Origin: an uncultured Dehalococcoidales bacterium
Lineage (GTDB): Bacteria; Chloroflexota; Dehalococcoidia; Dehalococcoidales; E44-bin46
Direction: 5' to 3'
Length of the DNA stretch: 64,000 nucleotides
Assembly (NCBI GenBank): GCA_964627215.1
Contig: CAZVIZ010000003.1
Span: forward strand, 14,685-78,684
Positions 10,296 to 20,800 of this stretch are shown piece by piece. The notes beneath the pieces are model-generated. The model was not told the origin of the DNA, did no database searches, and was given only the letters and a program-made list of their open reading frames with translations. Made by a program: the position numbers and the translations under genes. Each line of letters begins with the position of its first letter. The first letter of the stretch is position 1.

Positions 10296-11516
10296 GTGGC
10301 TTTGATAGTTCAGAAGTATGGCGGCTCTTCGGTGGCGGACGCCGAGAAGATAAAGAACGTGGCGCGGCGCATAGTAGAGGCCAGGGACGGTGGCGACGAG
10401 GTGGTGGTGGTGGTCTCCGCCATGGGGGATACCACCGACGAGCTTGTGGCGCTGGCGCGCCAGGTGGCCGAGCACCCTGACAAACGGGAGTTCGACGCCC
10501 TGCTGTCCACGGGGGAGCTTATCTCCATAACGCTTTTAGCTATGGCGCTTAAAGAGATGGGCTGCGAAGCTATATCCCTGAGCGGTGCCCAGGCGGGCAT
10601 ACAGACCACTACGGCCCACAGCCGGGCGCGCATAAAGAAGGTGGATGCCAAGCGGGTGCTCCACGAGCTTAAGAAGGGCAAGGTGGTGATAGTGGCGGGC
10701 TTCCAGGGCATCTCCGAGGGGGAGGACGTCACCACCCTGGGGCGGGGCGGCTCCGATACCACCGCGGTGGCCCTGGCCGCCGCCCTCAAGGCCGAGGAGT
10801 GCCAGATATACACCGATGTGGAGGGGGTCTATACCGCCGACCCCAGGCTCGTCCCCCAGGCCCGCCCCCTGGCCGAGATAGGCTACGAGGAGATGCTGGA
10901 GCTGGCGACATACGGCGCCAGGGTGATGCACCCCCGTGCCGTGGAGCTGGGAGAGCTTTACAACATACCCATACTGGTGGCCTCCAGCTTCAGCCGGACG
11001 CCGGGAACGTTAATTCACGGAGGGGTTTCTATGGAAGTACGCAATAAAGTTAGTGGCATAGTTCATGATATGGACGTGGCCAAGATAACGGTAGTGGGCG
11101 TTCCCGACCAGCCCGGAATCGCCTCGGCTATCTTCCAGCCCCTGGCCGAAGCCGGCATAAGCGTGGACACAATAGTGCAAAACGCCAGCATGGAGGGCGT
11201 TACCGACCTTACCTTCACCCTGGCCGAGAGCGACCTTAAGGGGGCGATGGCGATAGTCCGGCCCATTGCCGCCTCCATAAAGGCCAGGGAGAGTGTGGGG
11301 GATACCAAGCTGGGCAAGGTCAGCATCGTGGGCACAGGCATGCAGAACACGCCGGGATATGCCGCTAAGATGTTCAGGGTTATGCAGGAGAAGGGAGTCA
11401 ACATACAACTCATCACCACCTCGGAGGTGCGCATAACCTGTATAATTGCCGAGGAGCAGGTGGAGGCCGCTGTCCGTGCCCTGCATAGTGCCTTCGTGCT
11501 GGAGGAGGGAGCCTGA
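10296..11516 (+). CDS. lysC: Aspartate kinase
   Basis: [40 protein letters not shown], two ACT domains; internal Met (MEVRNK) at the usual beta-subunit position. Confidence 0.97.
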   Translation: MALIVQKYGGSSVADAEKIKNVARRIVEARDGGDEVVVVVSAMGDTTDELVALARQVAEHPDKREFDALLSTGELISITLLAMALKEMGCEAISLSGAQAGIQTTTAHSRARIKKVDAKRVLHELKKGKVVIVAGFQGISEGEDVTTLGRGGSDTTAVALAAALKAEECQIYTDVEGVYTADPRLVPQARPLAEIGYEEMLELATYGARVMHPRAVELGELYNIPILVASSFSRTPGTLIHGGVSMEVRNKVSGIVHDMDVAKITVVGVPDQPGIASAIFQPLAEAGISVDTIVQNASMEGVTDLTFTLAESDLKGAMAIVRPIAASIKARESVGDTKLGKVSIVGTGMQNTPGYAAKMFRVMQEKGVNIQLITTSEVRITCIIAEEQVEAAVRALHSAFVLEEGA

Positions 11517-11520
11517 CCGC

Positions 11521-11730
11521 TTATACGGTTACCAGCTCCTCCTTCCGGGGCGGTTCCTCCTGAAGCCGCCGCTCCGTTTTTAGGCGGAATATCATGGGTC
11601 ACCAGGGGCAGCCTGTCCAGGCGTCGATCAACTTAACCTCAACCGTATTACAGCGCACGTCCACCAGTTGGACGTAGACTTCGTCCTGCAGCAGCACGGG
11701 GCGCACCCGGTCCAGGGCCTCTTCTGCCAC
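11521..11730 (-). pseudogene. Nfu/NifU-C-like Fe-S scaffold frame with in-frame TGA (not in ORF track)
   Basis: Manual translation from GTG 11730: MAEEALDRVRPVLLQDEVYVQLVDVRCNTVEVKLIDAWTGCPW*PMIFRLKTERRLQEEPPRKEELVTV-stop; matches the Nfu pattern but CxxC is WTGC and TGA lies at 11599-11601. Confidence 0.7.
11546..11581 (+). terminator. Possible lysC intrinsic terminator
   Basis: CGGGGCGG (11546-11553)/CCGCTCCG (11569-11576) then TTTTT. Confidence 0.45.
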
Positions 11731-11883
11731 CTCTACCGTGACCCTTTATCCATAAACCCGGGTTAACCGTAAAAGCCTCCCGAGGGTTTGTCGATCCCTC
11801 GCTTTGGGCGACGCCATTTCACTTGCTTACCCTCCCCCGCTGGGGTAGAATACGTTTGAATATCGGGCACGGGGAATGAGCTT

Positions 11884-12717
11884 ATGACGTATCAGGAAGA
11901 GGAACAGGTAGGGGAAAGATGGCGGCGCAGTAAGCAAGCCATAGCCTTGGCTATGGAGGGGCGTTGGGAAGAGGCCATAGCGGCCAACCAGGGCCTGATA
12001 GAGCTTTTCCCCAACGACGTGAACGCCTATAACCGTCTGGGGCGCGCCTATATGGAGTGGGGGGAGTACGGTCGGGCGGAGGAGGCCTATCGCCGCGCCA
12101 TGGATATAGACCCCTATAATATGATAGCCAAGCGCAACCTGGGGCGCCTTTCGCACCTGGGGGAGGCCGCCGTGGGTGGCCACGGCGACTCCGATAAGGT
12201 GGAGCCGCAGCAGTTCGTTGAGGAGACCGGCAAGGCGGGCCTGGTTAGCCTGTATGACCTGGCCTCGCCCAAGGTGCTGGCGCAGATGAGTGCCGGGGAC
12301 AAGGTATATGTGAAGGTGAACGGGGGGGAGCTTCAGGCGGAGAATGCCCATAAGGAGCGCCTGGGGCGGGTGGAGCCGGCCCACGAGAGGCGGCTTATGA
12401 AGCTCATGGATGGGGGCAACCGCTACAGCGCTGCCATAGTCACCGCCACCGATGAGGGGGTGACTATAATTATAAGAGAAACGCATCAGGACCCCTCCCA
12501 GGGGGGGCGGTCCTCGTTCCCCGCAAAGGAGTTCAAGAGCCCGCGTCCTTATATAACCGACAGGGCAAGGCGGGAGATAGAGGAGTTTGAGGAGGAAGAG
12601 GGAGAACCCGGCTATACCATAGTGGGTGGGGCTGGGGTGGCACTGTCGCCGGAGGAGTCGGCCAAGCTGGAGTTGGAGGGCCACAACGCCGAAGAGGAAG
12701 AAGAAACAGAGGAATGA
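11884..12717 (+). CDS. Tetratricopeptide-repeat protein with possible HIRAN-like domain and acidic tail
   Basis: TPR (AYNRLGRAYMEWGEYGRAEEAYRRAMDIDPYN), beta-rich middle domain (GDKVYV..RLGRVEP), Glu-rich C-terminus; 16 bp before gyrA. Confidence 0.8.
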   Translation: MTYQEEEQVGERWRRSKQAIALAMEGRWEEAIAANQGLIELFPNDVNAYNRLGRAYMEWGEYGRAEEAYRRAMDIDPYNMIAKRNLGRLSHLGEAAVGGHGDSDKVEPQQFVEETGKAGLVSLYDLASPKVLAQMSAGDKVYVKVNGGELQAENAHKERLGRVEPAHERRLMKLMDGGNRYSAAIVTATDEGVTIIIRETHQDPSQGGRSSFPAKEFKSPRPYITDRARREIEEFEEEEGEPGYTIVGGAGVALSPEESAKLELEGHNAEEEEETEE

Positions 12718-12733
12718 GAGGGTATAACGGCCT

Positions 12734-15169
12734 ATGGTCTCAGGTAATGTTAAACCGGTAAACATAGAGGACGAGGTAAGAGGCTCATATCTGGACTACG
12801 CTATGAGCGTTATAGTCTCTCGTGCACTCCCCGACGTGCGTGATGGCCTGAAGCCGGTGCAGAGGCGCATACTTTTCTCCATGCATGACATGGGCATCAC
12901 ACGCTCAGGTCCCTATAAGAAGAGCGCACGTGTGGTGGGTGACGTTTTGGGTAAGTATCACCCCCATGGCGACGCCTCCGTCTACGATACCATGGTGCGT
13001 ATGGCGCAGGACTTCTCTATGCGCTGCATGCTGATAGATGGCCAGGGCAACTTCGGCAGCGTGGACAACGACCCCCCCGCCGCCATGCGCTACACCGAGG
13101 TGCGCCTGGCGCATATCGCCGAGGCGATGTTGCGCGATATAGACAAGAACACGGTGGGCTTCGCCCCCAACTTCGACGACAGCTTGGAGGAGCCGGTGGT
13201 GCTGCCCACGCGGGTGCCCAACCTGCTGGTCAACGGCAGTGCCGGCATCGCGGTGGGCATGGCCACCAACATACCCCCCCACAACCTGGGCGAGATCTGC
13301 GATGCTATAGCGCATCTTATAGATAACCCCAATGCCGGTGTACACGACCTTATGGAGTTCGTCCACGGGCCCGACTTCCCCACCGCCGGCATAATCATAG
13401 GGCGGGAGGGGATAAAGAGCGCCTACGCTACCGGCCACGGCAAGGCTGTTGTCCGAGCTCAGGCCCGCATAACCACGCCGCCGGAGGGCGGACGGCGCCA
13501 GATACTGGTCACCCAGCTACCCTACCAGGTAAGCAAGGCCGGCCTTATCCAGCGCATAGCCAACCTGGCCAAGGACAAGAAGATAAAGGGCATTGGAGAG
13601 CTTAGGGACGAGTCCGACCGCCAGGGTATGCGCATCGTAATAGAGCTTAAGCGGGACGCCCAGCCCAATCAGGTTCTTATGAGCCTGTATAAGTACACTG
13701 CCATGCAAAGCTCCTTCTTCATCAATATGCTGGCGCTGGTGGACGGGCAGCCCAGGGTAATCAGCCTCAAGGAGGCGCTGCAGTACTTCATCAAGTTCCG
13801 CCGCGAGGTGGTTACAAAGCGTGCTCGGTTTGAGCTTAAGGGCGCCAAGGCTCGGGCCCATATACTGGAGGGCTTCAAGATAGCCCTGGATAACATAGAT
13901 GAGATAATAGCCATCATAAAGAAGTCCCAGACAGCTGATGCCGCTCGCAAGAACCTGATGGAGGGATTTAAGCTCTCTCAGGCGCAGGCTCAGGCCATAC
14001 TGGACATGCAGCTAAGAAGGCTCGCCAACCTGGAGCGGCAGAAGATATTGGACGAGTACGCCGCCGTCCTTAAGACAATCGCATCCCTGGAGGACCTGCT
14101 GGCTAACCCGAGGCGGGTTCTGGATCTGATTAAGGAGGAGCTGGCCGAGATAAAGGCCAAGCACGGCAACGAGCGCCGCACCGAGATACGAGACGACGAG
14201 CCGGTGAACTTCCGCGACGAGGATCTGATACCCCACCAGAGGGTGGTGATAACCTTGAGCGTCAGGGGGTTCATAAAGCGTATCCCCACCCGCACCTATG
14301 AGCCGCAGCACCGCGGCGGCAAGGGCGTCATCGGCATGCTTACCAGGGAGAAGGACGCCATACGCCTGCTGGCGGTGGCCGATACCCACGACGAGTTGCT
14401 CTTCTTCACCAACAGGGGGCGGGTGTTCAAGGTGAAGTGCTATGAGATACCCCCCGACATTTCGCGGCGTACCAAGGGGCTGGCCGTGGTGAACCTGTTC
14501 CCCATAGACGAGGACGAGAAGGTGACCGCTATGGTGGTGGTGGGTGGCGAAAGCAAGGGCGAGTACCTGGTGATGGCCACCCGTTTGGGCGAGGTTAAGA
14601 AGACGGCTATGGAGCGCTTCGCTCAGGTGCGTTCCAGCGGCCTCATAGCCATGGATCTGGAGAAGGCCGACGAGCTGGTGAGCGTTTGTATAGGCACGGA
14701 TAAGGACGACGTTATCCTGGTCACCTGTGAGGGACAGTCTATACGCTTCCCTCTGACCGAGCTTAGGGCCAGCTCTCGCACCAGCGGTGGTGTGAGGGGT
14801 ATACGGCTGGCTAAGGGTGATGGCATAATGGGGGCGGACATTGTGCGCGCAGGGGCATATATGCTGGTGGTCACCGAGGGCGGCTTCGGCAAGATAACCC
14901 CCATGGAGGATTATCCGAGTCAGCACCGCGCCGGAGGCGGTGTGAAGACGTTCAAGATAACAGATAAGACGGGTGGGGTGGCCAACGCCAGGCTGGTTTC
15001 ACCTTCCCAACACCTGATGATTATCTCCGCCGAGGGTATCGTCATTCGCACGCCGGTTAAGGGTAAGGAGGGCAAGGGCATCGCCGTTCAGGGTCGGAGC
15101 ACCCAGGGCGTTACCCTGATGAGGGTGGAAAAGGGCGACAAGGTGGTGGCTATCACCTGCCTGGATTAA
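12734..15169 (+). CDS. gyrA: DNA gyrase subunit A
   Basis: [29 protein letters not shown], GyrA-box QHRGGKG, beta-pinwheel repeats. Confidence 0.98.
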   Translation: MVSGNVKPVNIEDEVRGSYLDYAMSVIVSRALPDVRDGLKPVQRRILFSMHDMGITRSGPYKKSARVVGDVLGKYHPHGDASVYDTMVRMAQDFSMRCMLIDGQGNFGSVDNDPPAAMRYTEVRLAHIAEAMLRDIDKNTVGFAPNFDDSLEEPVVLPTRVPNLLVNGSAGIAVGMATNIPPHNLGEICDAIAHLIDNPNAGVHDLMEFVHGPDFPTAGIIIGREGIKSAYATGHGKAVVRAQARITTPPEGGRRQILVTQLPYQVSKAGLIQRIANLAKDKKIKGIGELRDESDRQGMRIVIELKRDAQPNQVLMSLYKYTAMQSSFFINMLALVDGQPRVISLKEALQYFIKFRREVVTKRARFELKGAKARAHILEGFKIALDNIDEIIAIIKKSQTADAARKNLMEGFKLSQAQAQAILDMQLRRLANLERQKILDEYAAVLKTIASLEDLLANPRRVLDLIKEELAEIKAKHGNERRTEIRDDEPVNFRDEDLIPHQRVVITLSVRGFIKRIPTRTYEPQHRGGKGVIGMLTREKDAIRLLAVADTHDELLFFTNRGRVFKVKCYEIPPDISRRTKGLAVVNLFPIDEDEKVTAMVVVGGESKGEYLVMATRLGEVKKTAMERFAQVRSSGLIAMDLEKADELVSVCIGTDKDDVILVTCEGQSIRFPLTELRASSRTSGGVRGIRLAKGDGIMGADIVRAGAYMLVVTEGGFGKITPMEDYPSQHRAGGGVKTFKITDKTGGVANARLVSPSQHLMIISAEGIVIRTPVKGKEGKGIAVQGRSTQGVTLMRVEKGDKVVAITCLD

Positions 15170-16998
15170 GCCTTTTCAGCGCTCTTCTTACAGGACTCCT
15201 GCCAACGCTCCAGGCCGCAGGCGTTGCAGCTTCCCTGACGGCAGTCGGGAGTGGCCTCTCCCGCCAGTGCGCGACGGTATTCCTGCTTTAGAAAATCCGA
15301 ACTTACGCCGACGTCTATATGTCCCCAGGGCAGGGGTTCGTCTTCGGGCCTTTCGCGGTGGGCGTAGAACGCTGGCTCCAGTCCCTCCGCCTTAAAGGCG
15401 TCCTGCCATAACTCAAAGCGGAACTCCTCACTCCAGCTGTCAAACCGTGCCCCCGCCTCCCAGGCGCGATGTATGACGCCCCCTGTTCTGCGGTCGCCCC
15501 TGGATATGGCGGCCTCCAGCAGGCTCACCTGGGGGTCGTTCCACCACATCTTAACCCCCCTGCGCCTAAAGGCCGTCTTTAAAAGCTCATACTTGGGCCA
15601 AAGCTCCTCCTCACGCTGTTGCGCCGCCCACTGGAAGGGGGTGTGTGGTTTGGGTATGAAAGTGGAAAGGCTTATCCTAAAGCGCGGCCTCTTTTTGTAA
15701 GTCTCTTTCCCCAGGGCCTCTATCCGCTCCACGAGGTGCAGTATGGCCTCCACATCGGCCTCGGTCTCGGTGGGCAGCCCCAGCATAAAATAGAGCTTGA
15801 TGCTGTTCCAGCCGCGGGCGAAGGCGGTGGACATGGTGTTCATTATCTCCTCATCGGGGATATTCTTGTTTATTGCGCGCCGCAGTCGCTCGCTGCCCGC
15901 CTCTGGGGCGAAGGTCAGCCCCGTCTTCTTGCCGCGGGGCAGGGAGTCCATCAGCCGCACCGAGAAGCTGTCTATGCACAGGCTGGGTAGGGACAGGTTT
16001 AGGTTGTGCTGCTTGTAGCGGGCGAACAGGTCGGCTATGAGCTCGTCTATATGGGGGTAGTCGCTTGTGTTGAGCGAGACCAGCGAAACCTCGTTGTAGC
16101 CGCAGTTCGCTATTATCTCCCCCACCGCTGCCGCGACCTCCTCTTGGGGGCGCTCACGCACGGGGCGGTAGATGTTGCCCGCCTGGCAGAAACGGCAGCC
16201 GCGGCTGCAGCCGCGCTGTATCTCCACCGCGCCGCGGTTGTGGATTACCTCTATAAAGGGCACCACCGGGCTTATGGGTGGTGGGGGCAGTTGGGATACC
16301 AGCCGTCGTTTTATAACCGGCGGTGCCTGGGGGCTGGTGGGGTTAAGGGCCTTGAAGCAGCCGTCGGAGCCATACTCCGCCTCATACAGGCTGGGGACGT
16401 AGATGCCCTCTATCCCCGCCGCCTGCCTAAATAACTCCTTGCGCCCCCCCCTCCCCGCCTTCCAGTCCTTAAGAAGGTCAATAAGCTCCGGAAGGACGGC
16501 CTCGCCATCGCCGATGACGAATATGTCCACGAAGCGGGACGTCGGCTCCGGGTTGAGTGCCCCGCTGCCGCCGGCTATTATCACGGGGTGGGAATCGTCC
16601 CTATGGGCCGCCAGCAGGGGTATGCGGGCCAGGTCTAAAATGGAGAGCATGTTGGTATATGTCAGCTCGTAGCCCAGCGAGAAGCCGACTGCGTCAAAGT
16701 CCTTGATAGGCCGCCCCGACTCCAGGCTTACAAGAGGTATATCGGCCTCCCGCATCATGTCCTGCATGTCCAGCCAGGGGGCATAGACCCTCTCGGCCAC
16801 TACGTCCTCGTGGTGGTTGAGGAGGCCGTACAGTATAGGTATTGCCATATTGGACGCCGCCACTTCGTATACGTCGGGGTAGGAAAGCGCCACCTTTAGG
16901 GTGGTTCCGCCCCAGTCCTTGATTACGCTGTTCCACTCCCCGCCGGTGTAGCGGGCCGGCCTTATGGCGCGGCGCAGTATGTCTTCGGGATAACTCAA
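15166..16998 (-). CDS. TIGR03960-type radical SAM protein
   Basis: [52 protein letters not shown]-terminal C..C..C. Confidence 0.88.
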   Translation of the reverse strand: MSYPEDILRRAIRPARYTGGEWNSVIKDWGGTTLKVALSYPDVYEVAASNMAIPILYGLLNHHEDVVAERVYAPWLDMQDMMREADIPLVSLESGRPIKDFDAVGFSLGYELTYTNMLSILDLARIPLLAAHRDDSHPVIIAGGSGALNPEPTSRFVDIFVIGDGEAVLPELIDLLKDWKAGRGGRKELFRQAAGIEGIYVPSLYEAEYGSDGCFKALNPTSPQAPPVIKRRLVSQLPPPPISPVVPFIEVIHNRGAVEIQRGCSRGCRFCQAGNIYRPVRERPQEEVAAAVGEIIANCGYNEVSLVSLNTSDYPHIDELIADLFARYKQHNLNLSLPSLCIDSFSVRLMDSLPRGKKTGLTFAPEAGSERLRRAINKNIPDEEIMNTMSTAFARGWNSIKLYFMLGLPTETEADVEAILHLVERIEALGKETYKKRPRFRISLSTFIPKPHTPFQWAAQQREEELWPKYELLKTAFRRRGVKMWWNDPQVSLLEAAISRGDRRTGGVIHRAWEAGARFDSWSEEFRFELWQDAFKAEGLEPAFYAHRERPEDEPLPWGHIDVGVSSDFLKQEYRRALAGEATPDCRQGSCNACGLERWQESCKKSAEKA

Positions 16999-17101
16999 AC
17001 CTTTCCTCCCATAGACCTATTACTATAAGATATAGGTGCGGTTTTTACAATTCCTGCCGCATGGCCTAAAATAGCTTTGACAGTTTTAAGGAGAGGTGAA
17101 C

Positions 17102-17581
17102 ATGGAGCATATGTGGGCACCGTGGCGAATGGACTACGTAAGCCAGATAAAGGCGGGCGAGGGGGGCTGCTTCCTGTGCGAGGAGGCAAAGGGTCAGGAC
17201 GACGCCCGGGTATATATCCTCCATAGGGAGGAGCTTAACTTCGTTATAATGAACCGGTATCCATATAATCCGGGGCACCTGCTGGTGGCCCCCTACCGTC
17301 ATATCGGCGGCCTTGACGAGATGACCGCCGCCGAGCGCCAGGAGCACTTTGACCTGGTGAGCCGTAGCGTGGACGTGCTGAAAGAGGCCTGCGAGCCGCA
17401 GGGCTTCACCATTGGTATAAACCTGGGACGAGTGGCCGGGGCGGGGCTGGTGGGGCACGTGCATACCCACATAGTGCCCCGTTGGCAGGGGGATACCAAC
17501 TTCATGCCGGTGATATCGGAGTGCAAGATAGTGCCCCAGGCCCTGGAGGATACATACAAAGCGCTTGAGGGGCGTTTTTAA
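17102..17581 (+). CDS. HIT-family hydrolase (Ap4A phosphorylase/hydrolase-like)
   Basis: WAPWRM, CFLC, NRYPYNPGHL, HVHTHIVPRW. Confidence 0.92.
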   Translation: MEHMWAPWRMDYVSQIKAGEGGCFLCEEAKGQDDARVYILHREELNFVIMNRYPYNPGHLLVAPYRHIGGLDEMTAAERQEHFDLVSRSVDVLKEACEPQGFTIGINLGRVAGAGLVGHVHTHIVPRWQGDTNFMPVISECKIVPQALEDTYKALEGRF

Positions 17582-17654
17582 GCGCCCGAGACGGGAAAGC
17601 CGCCTCGAGGGTGTAAATTGACCCCGGCGGAAAAGCCACTTGAGTGGAGGGAAG

Positions 17655-17727
17655 CGCCCCCAACGGAATTCGAATCCGTGTTGCCGGCTTGAAAGGCCGG
17701 TGTCCTAGGCCTCTAGACGATGGGGGC
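17655..17727 (-). tRNA. tRNA-Glu(TTC), CCA not encoded
   Basis: GCCCCCA..CCGGC-CT-TTC-AA-GCCGG..GGATTCGAATTCC..TGGGGGC-G. Confidence 0.95.
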
Positions 17728-17831
17728 AACCTTAAGAGAGTATAGCAGAGGCGGGGATTCAAGGGCAATCGCGCGTGGCGTCTCCTCCCTACCCAGCCTC
17801 CACTCGATGTGCTACTATTTTTATAGGTTGT

Positions 17832-18458
17832 ATGCGTAACATCTTCAGATGGGAGGCGCTTTTCGGAGAGGACGGTTCCCTAGGGGGGCGCAAGAAGGTC
17901 CTCTCTATTCTCGCCCTTTGCCTCGTCATCGCCGTATCGGTGGTGGTGGGGGTGCTCTACTACCGGGGCGAGTTCGCCGCCTTCATGGAGGCGGGCAGGC
18001 TGAGCCACTACGGCTACGGCGGCATCTTCCTGGTGAGCCTGGTGTGGAACTCCACCGTGCTCGTGCCCATACCCAGCTTCTGGATATATTTCTTTCTGGG
18101 CACTATGTTTCACCCCGCTCTTATCGGGCTGGCTGGGGGGAGTGGGGCGGCGGTGGGGGAGCTGACCAGCTACCTGGCGGGGTATAGCGGACGGGCGATT
18201 TTATCGCCCCGGAGGCGAAAGATATATGCCCGGGTGGAGAAATGGTTAAAGAGATGGGGGTTTATCGTTATCTTTAGCTTTAATCTGGTGCCCTTTTTCC
18301 CCTTCGACGTAGTGGGGATAGCGGCGGGGGCTACCCGCTTTCCCCTGCGGAAGTTCTATCTGGCGTGCCTGGCGGGGAGGACGGTATCGTATAGCTTCAT
18401 CGCCTTTGCCGGCTATCGGGGATGGATACCACCCTTACCTTTCCTTAATCCCCCTTAA
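17832..18458 (+). CDS. DedA/VTT (SNARE-associated) membrane protein
   Basis: PIPS, GAAVGELTSYLAGYSGR, PFFPFDVVGIAAG; 3' end overlaps the MFS gene by 24 bp. Confidence 0.85.
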   Translation: MRNIFRWEALFGEDGSLGGRKKVLSILALCLVIAVSVVVGVLYYRGEFAAFMEAGRLSHYGYGGIFLVSLVWNSTVLVPIPSFWIYFFLGTMFHPALIGLAGGSGAAVGELTSYLAGYSGRAILSPRRRKIYARVEKWLKRWGFIVIFSFNLVPFFPFDVVGIAAGATRFPLRKFYLACLAGRTVSYSFIAFAGYRGWIPPLPFLNPP

Positions 18459-19706
18459 CAGCATGGAGCTGGCAATAAGGCAGCCGAAACTGACCCAGAG
18501 CATAATATTATAGCCCATGCCGGCGTGGTAAGAGTTGGCGAAGTCAATCATCGGTCCCTGGAGGCGGGCCAGGATGGAGCCGCCGGCGGTAGCCAGATTG
18601 GTCAGGCCGAGGTATCTGGCCGCTTCCTTCCTGGGCACCAGGTCCACCGCCAGCGCCCAGTTGCTGCCCATAAGCCCCCCCAGCCCGATGCCGAGAAGGC
18701 CGGCGGCGAACAGCATGGAGTGGTAGCTGTGGAGGAAGGAGAGCAGCCCGATCCCCGAAGCGCCGATAACTCCGCAAATGAAGCCTACCGGTCTCCTTCC
18801 CCACCGGTCGGAGAGGCGTCCGGCAGGATAGACCGCCCCTGCCATACAACCGCCGGTCACCAGGGAAAAGTTGCCCATCACCGCCGCCGGGTCGGCGACC
18901 CCGGCCAGGTCTTTGAAGAAATAAAGCCCGAAGGTCATAAAGGTGGTCAGGGGGATGACGAAGAAGAGGCGGGAGACCAGGAATCGCTTAAAATCGGGGG
19001 TAGCCTCAACATCGATCCTGAAACTCTGGCGCAGTATGGACAGTAGGGGCAGTCTAGCCCCGCCCGCTCCCGGCGTCTCCTTAACGGTTGCTACCGTGCC
19101 GATCATGGTGCTTAAGAAAACAATTCCCACTATGCCCAGGCTCAGCCATAGCCACCGGCTCCCCTCTCCCGCGGAGTAGTTGGTCATTAAGTGGCCTGCC
19201 ACCCAGATAAAGGTAGCCCCGCCCGCTATCTCCATCAGCCCCTTCACCCCCGACGCCCTCCCCTTCTTATCTTCGGGCACCATGTCGGGGATAAAGGCTT
19301 GATACGGCCCCAGCGCCGTATTGGCGCTGGTCTGAAGCAGGTAATAGATGGCGAAAAGGACGGCCAGACTGCGGGCCAGGCCTATCCCGGGCAGAAGCGA
19401 CAGGGTCGCTATGGCGCCGATGAGGATAAAGGGCCTTCGCCGCCCCCACCTGAAGCGGGAGCGGTCGCTGAAGGCTCCCGCTACGGGCTGGACTGCTATG
19501 GCCAGGAGCAGGCCGGTGGCGGTGAGAATGCCCAGGTAGGTATTCTTCTGTGCCTCGGTCACGAACTCCAGCAGCCTGAGGGGCAGGATGACGCTGTGCA
19601 GGCTGCTCCAGAGGGCGGTCATGGCAAAGCCGAAGATGGTGATCTTGACATAGTCGACCGGGGCGAATCCCCTGGGACTGATGTTATCTTCCGCTTTTTT
19701 CATCAT
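18435..19706 (-). CDS. MFS transporter (SLC45/MalT-like)
   Basis: GAFSDRSRFRWGRRRPFI and GRLSDRWGRR motifs, about 12 hydrophobic segments. Confidence 0.9.
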   Translation of the reverse strand: MMKKAEDNISPRGFAPVDYVKITIFGFAMTALWSSLHSVILPLRLLEFVTEAQKNTYLGILTATGLLLAIAVQPVAGAFSDRSRFRWGRRRPFILIGAIATLSLLPGIGLARSLAVLFAIYYLLQTSANTALGPYQAFIPDMVPEDKKGRASGVKGLMEIAGGATFIWVAGHLMTNYSAGEGSRWLWLSLGIVGIVFLSTMIGTVATVKETPGAGGARLPLLSILRQSFRIDVEATPDFKRFLVSRLFFVIPLTTFMTFGLYFFKDLAGVADPAAVMGNFSLVTGGCMAGAVYPAGRLSDRWGRRPVGFICGVIGASGIGLLSFLHSYHSMLFAAGLLGIGLGGLMGSNWALAVDLVPRKEAARYLGLTNLATAGGSILARLQGPMIDFANSYHAGMGYNIMLWVSFGCLIASSMLLRGIKER

Positions 19707-19756
19707 GGCTAAAAGCCTAGCAGGGGTACGGGCGGGGGCAATGTTTCAAGCGAAGC

Positions 19757-20800
19757 TTAAGGGTATACCGCCAGCGACTCCAGCCCTGAGGTTTCCTTAA
19801 GCCCTAGCATCAGGTTCATGTTTTGCACCGCCTGTCCCGCCGCTCCCTTTACCAGGTTATCTATGGCGCTAACTGCTATAAGCCTTCCCGTCCTGGGGTC
19901 TATGCAGGGGTGTACCAGGCACATATTGCTTCCCCAGGTGTGCTTGGTGTGGGGTGGGGTTGCGGACACCCGCACGAAGGGCTCGTCGCGGTAGAAGTCC
20001 TGGTATATCTTCATAAGCGCCTCGGCACCCGTCCCGTCGGCGGGTATCTTGGATAGCGCCAGAGGGGCGTAGGCGGTGGTGAGTATGCCCCTGGTCATGG
20101 GGATTAGATGCGGCACGAAGCTTATGGAAAGCATGTGCTGCCTGGAGAGGGCGTTTAGCTCCTGTGATATCTCCGGCAGGTGGCGGTGGCCGGCCAGGGC
20201 ATAGGCGCAGACATCATCATGGGCCTCGGAGAAGTGGGAGGTGAGCTTGAGGCTCCTCCCCGCCCCCGACAGCCCCGATTTGCTGTCCACTATTATATCC
20301 GGGCCTATGATCCCCGCCTTAACCGCCGGCGCCAGTGCCAGTATGGCTCCTGTGGGGTAGCAGCCGGGGTTGGCCACCAGGGAGGCGGGGGCGATTTCGG
20401 CGCGGTGTAGTTCGGGTAGGCCGTATACCGCATCGGCGAGCATATTGGGCAGAGGGTGAGGGGTGCCGTACCACTGTTGGTACTGCCCCGCCTCTTTCAG
20501 GCGGAAGTCGGCGCTTATATCCACCACCCTTACCCCGCGCTTTAAGAGGGGTGCCACCGCCTCGGCGCTGGCCTGGTGTGGCATGGCCGAGAAGGCGATG
20601 GAGACATCGTCCTTAAGCTCCGCCTCAATGGTCAGGTCTATATCGGCCAGGTGGGGGAATACCTCGCCCAGCCCCTGCCCCGCCGCGCTGCGCCCGGTGA
20701 CAGCGGCTAGCTCCACCTCGGGGTGGTGGTGGAGTATGCGGGCTAGCTCCACGCCGGCATATCCGGTTACGTTTATTATGCCTACCTTGGTGCTGTTCAT
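19757..20800 (-). CDS. argC: N-acetyl-gamma-glutamyl-phosphate reductase
   Basis: TGYAGVEL, DISADFRL, VANPGCYPT, SGLSGAGR, DNLVKGAAGQA. Confidence 0.97.
   Translation of the reverse strand: MNSTKVGIINVTGYAGVELARILHHHPEVELAAVTGRSAAGQGLGEVFPHLADIDLTIEAELKDDVSIAFSAMPHQASAEAVAPLLKRGVRVVDISADFRLKEAGQYQQWYGTPHPLPNMLADAVYGLPELHRAEIAPASLVANPGCYPTGAILALAPAVKAGIIGPDIIVDSKSGLSGAGRSLKLTSHFSEAHDDVCAYALAGHRHLPEISQELNALSRQHMLSISFVPHLIPMTRGILTTAYAPLALSKIPADGTGAEALMKIYQDFYRDEPFVRVSATPPHTKHTWGSNMCLVHPCIDPRTGRLIAVSAIDNLVKGAAGQAVQNMNLMLGLKETSGLESLAVYP

Noticed and set aside
17590..17650. Degenerate GGAAAGCC..GAG repeats beside tRNA-Glu
   Set aside because: Only two short poor copies; not CRISPR- or att-like
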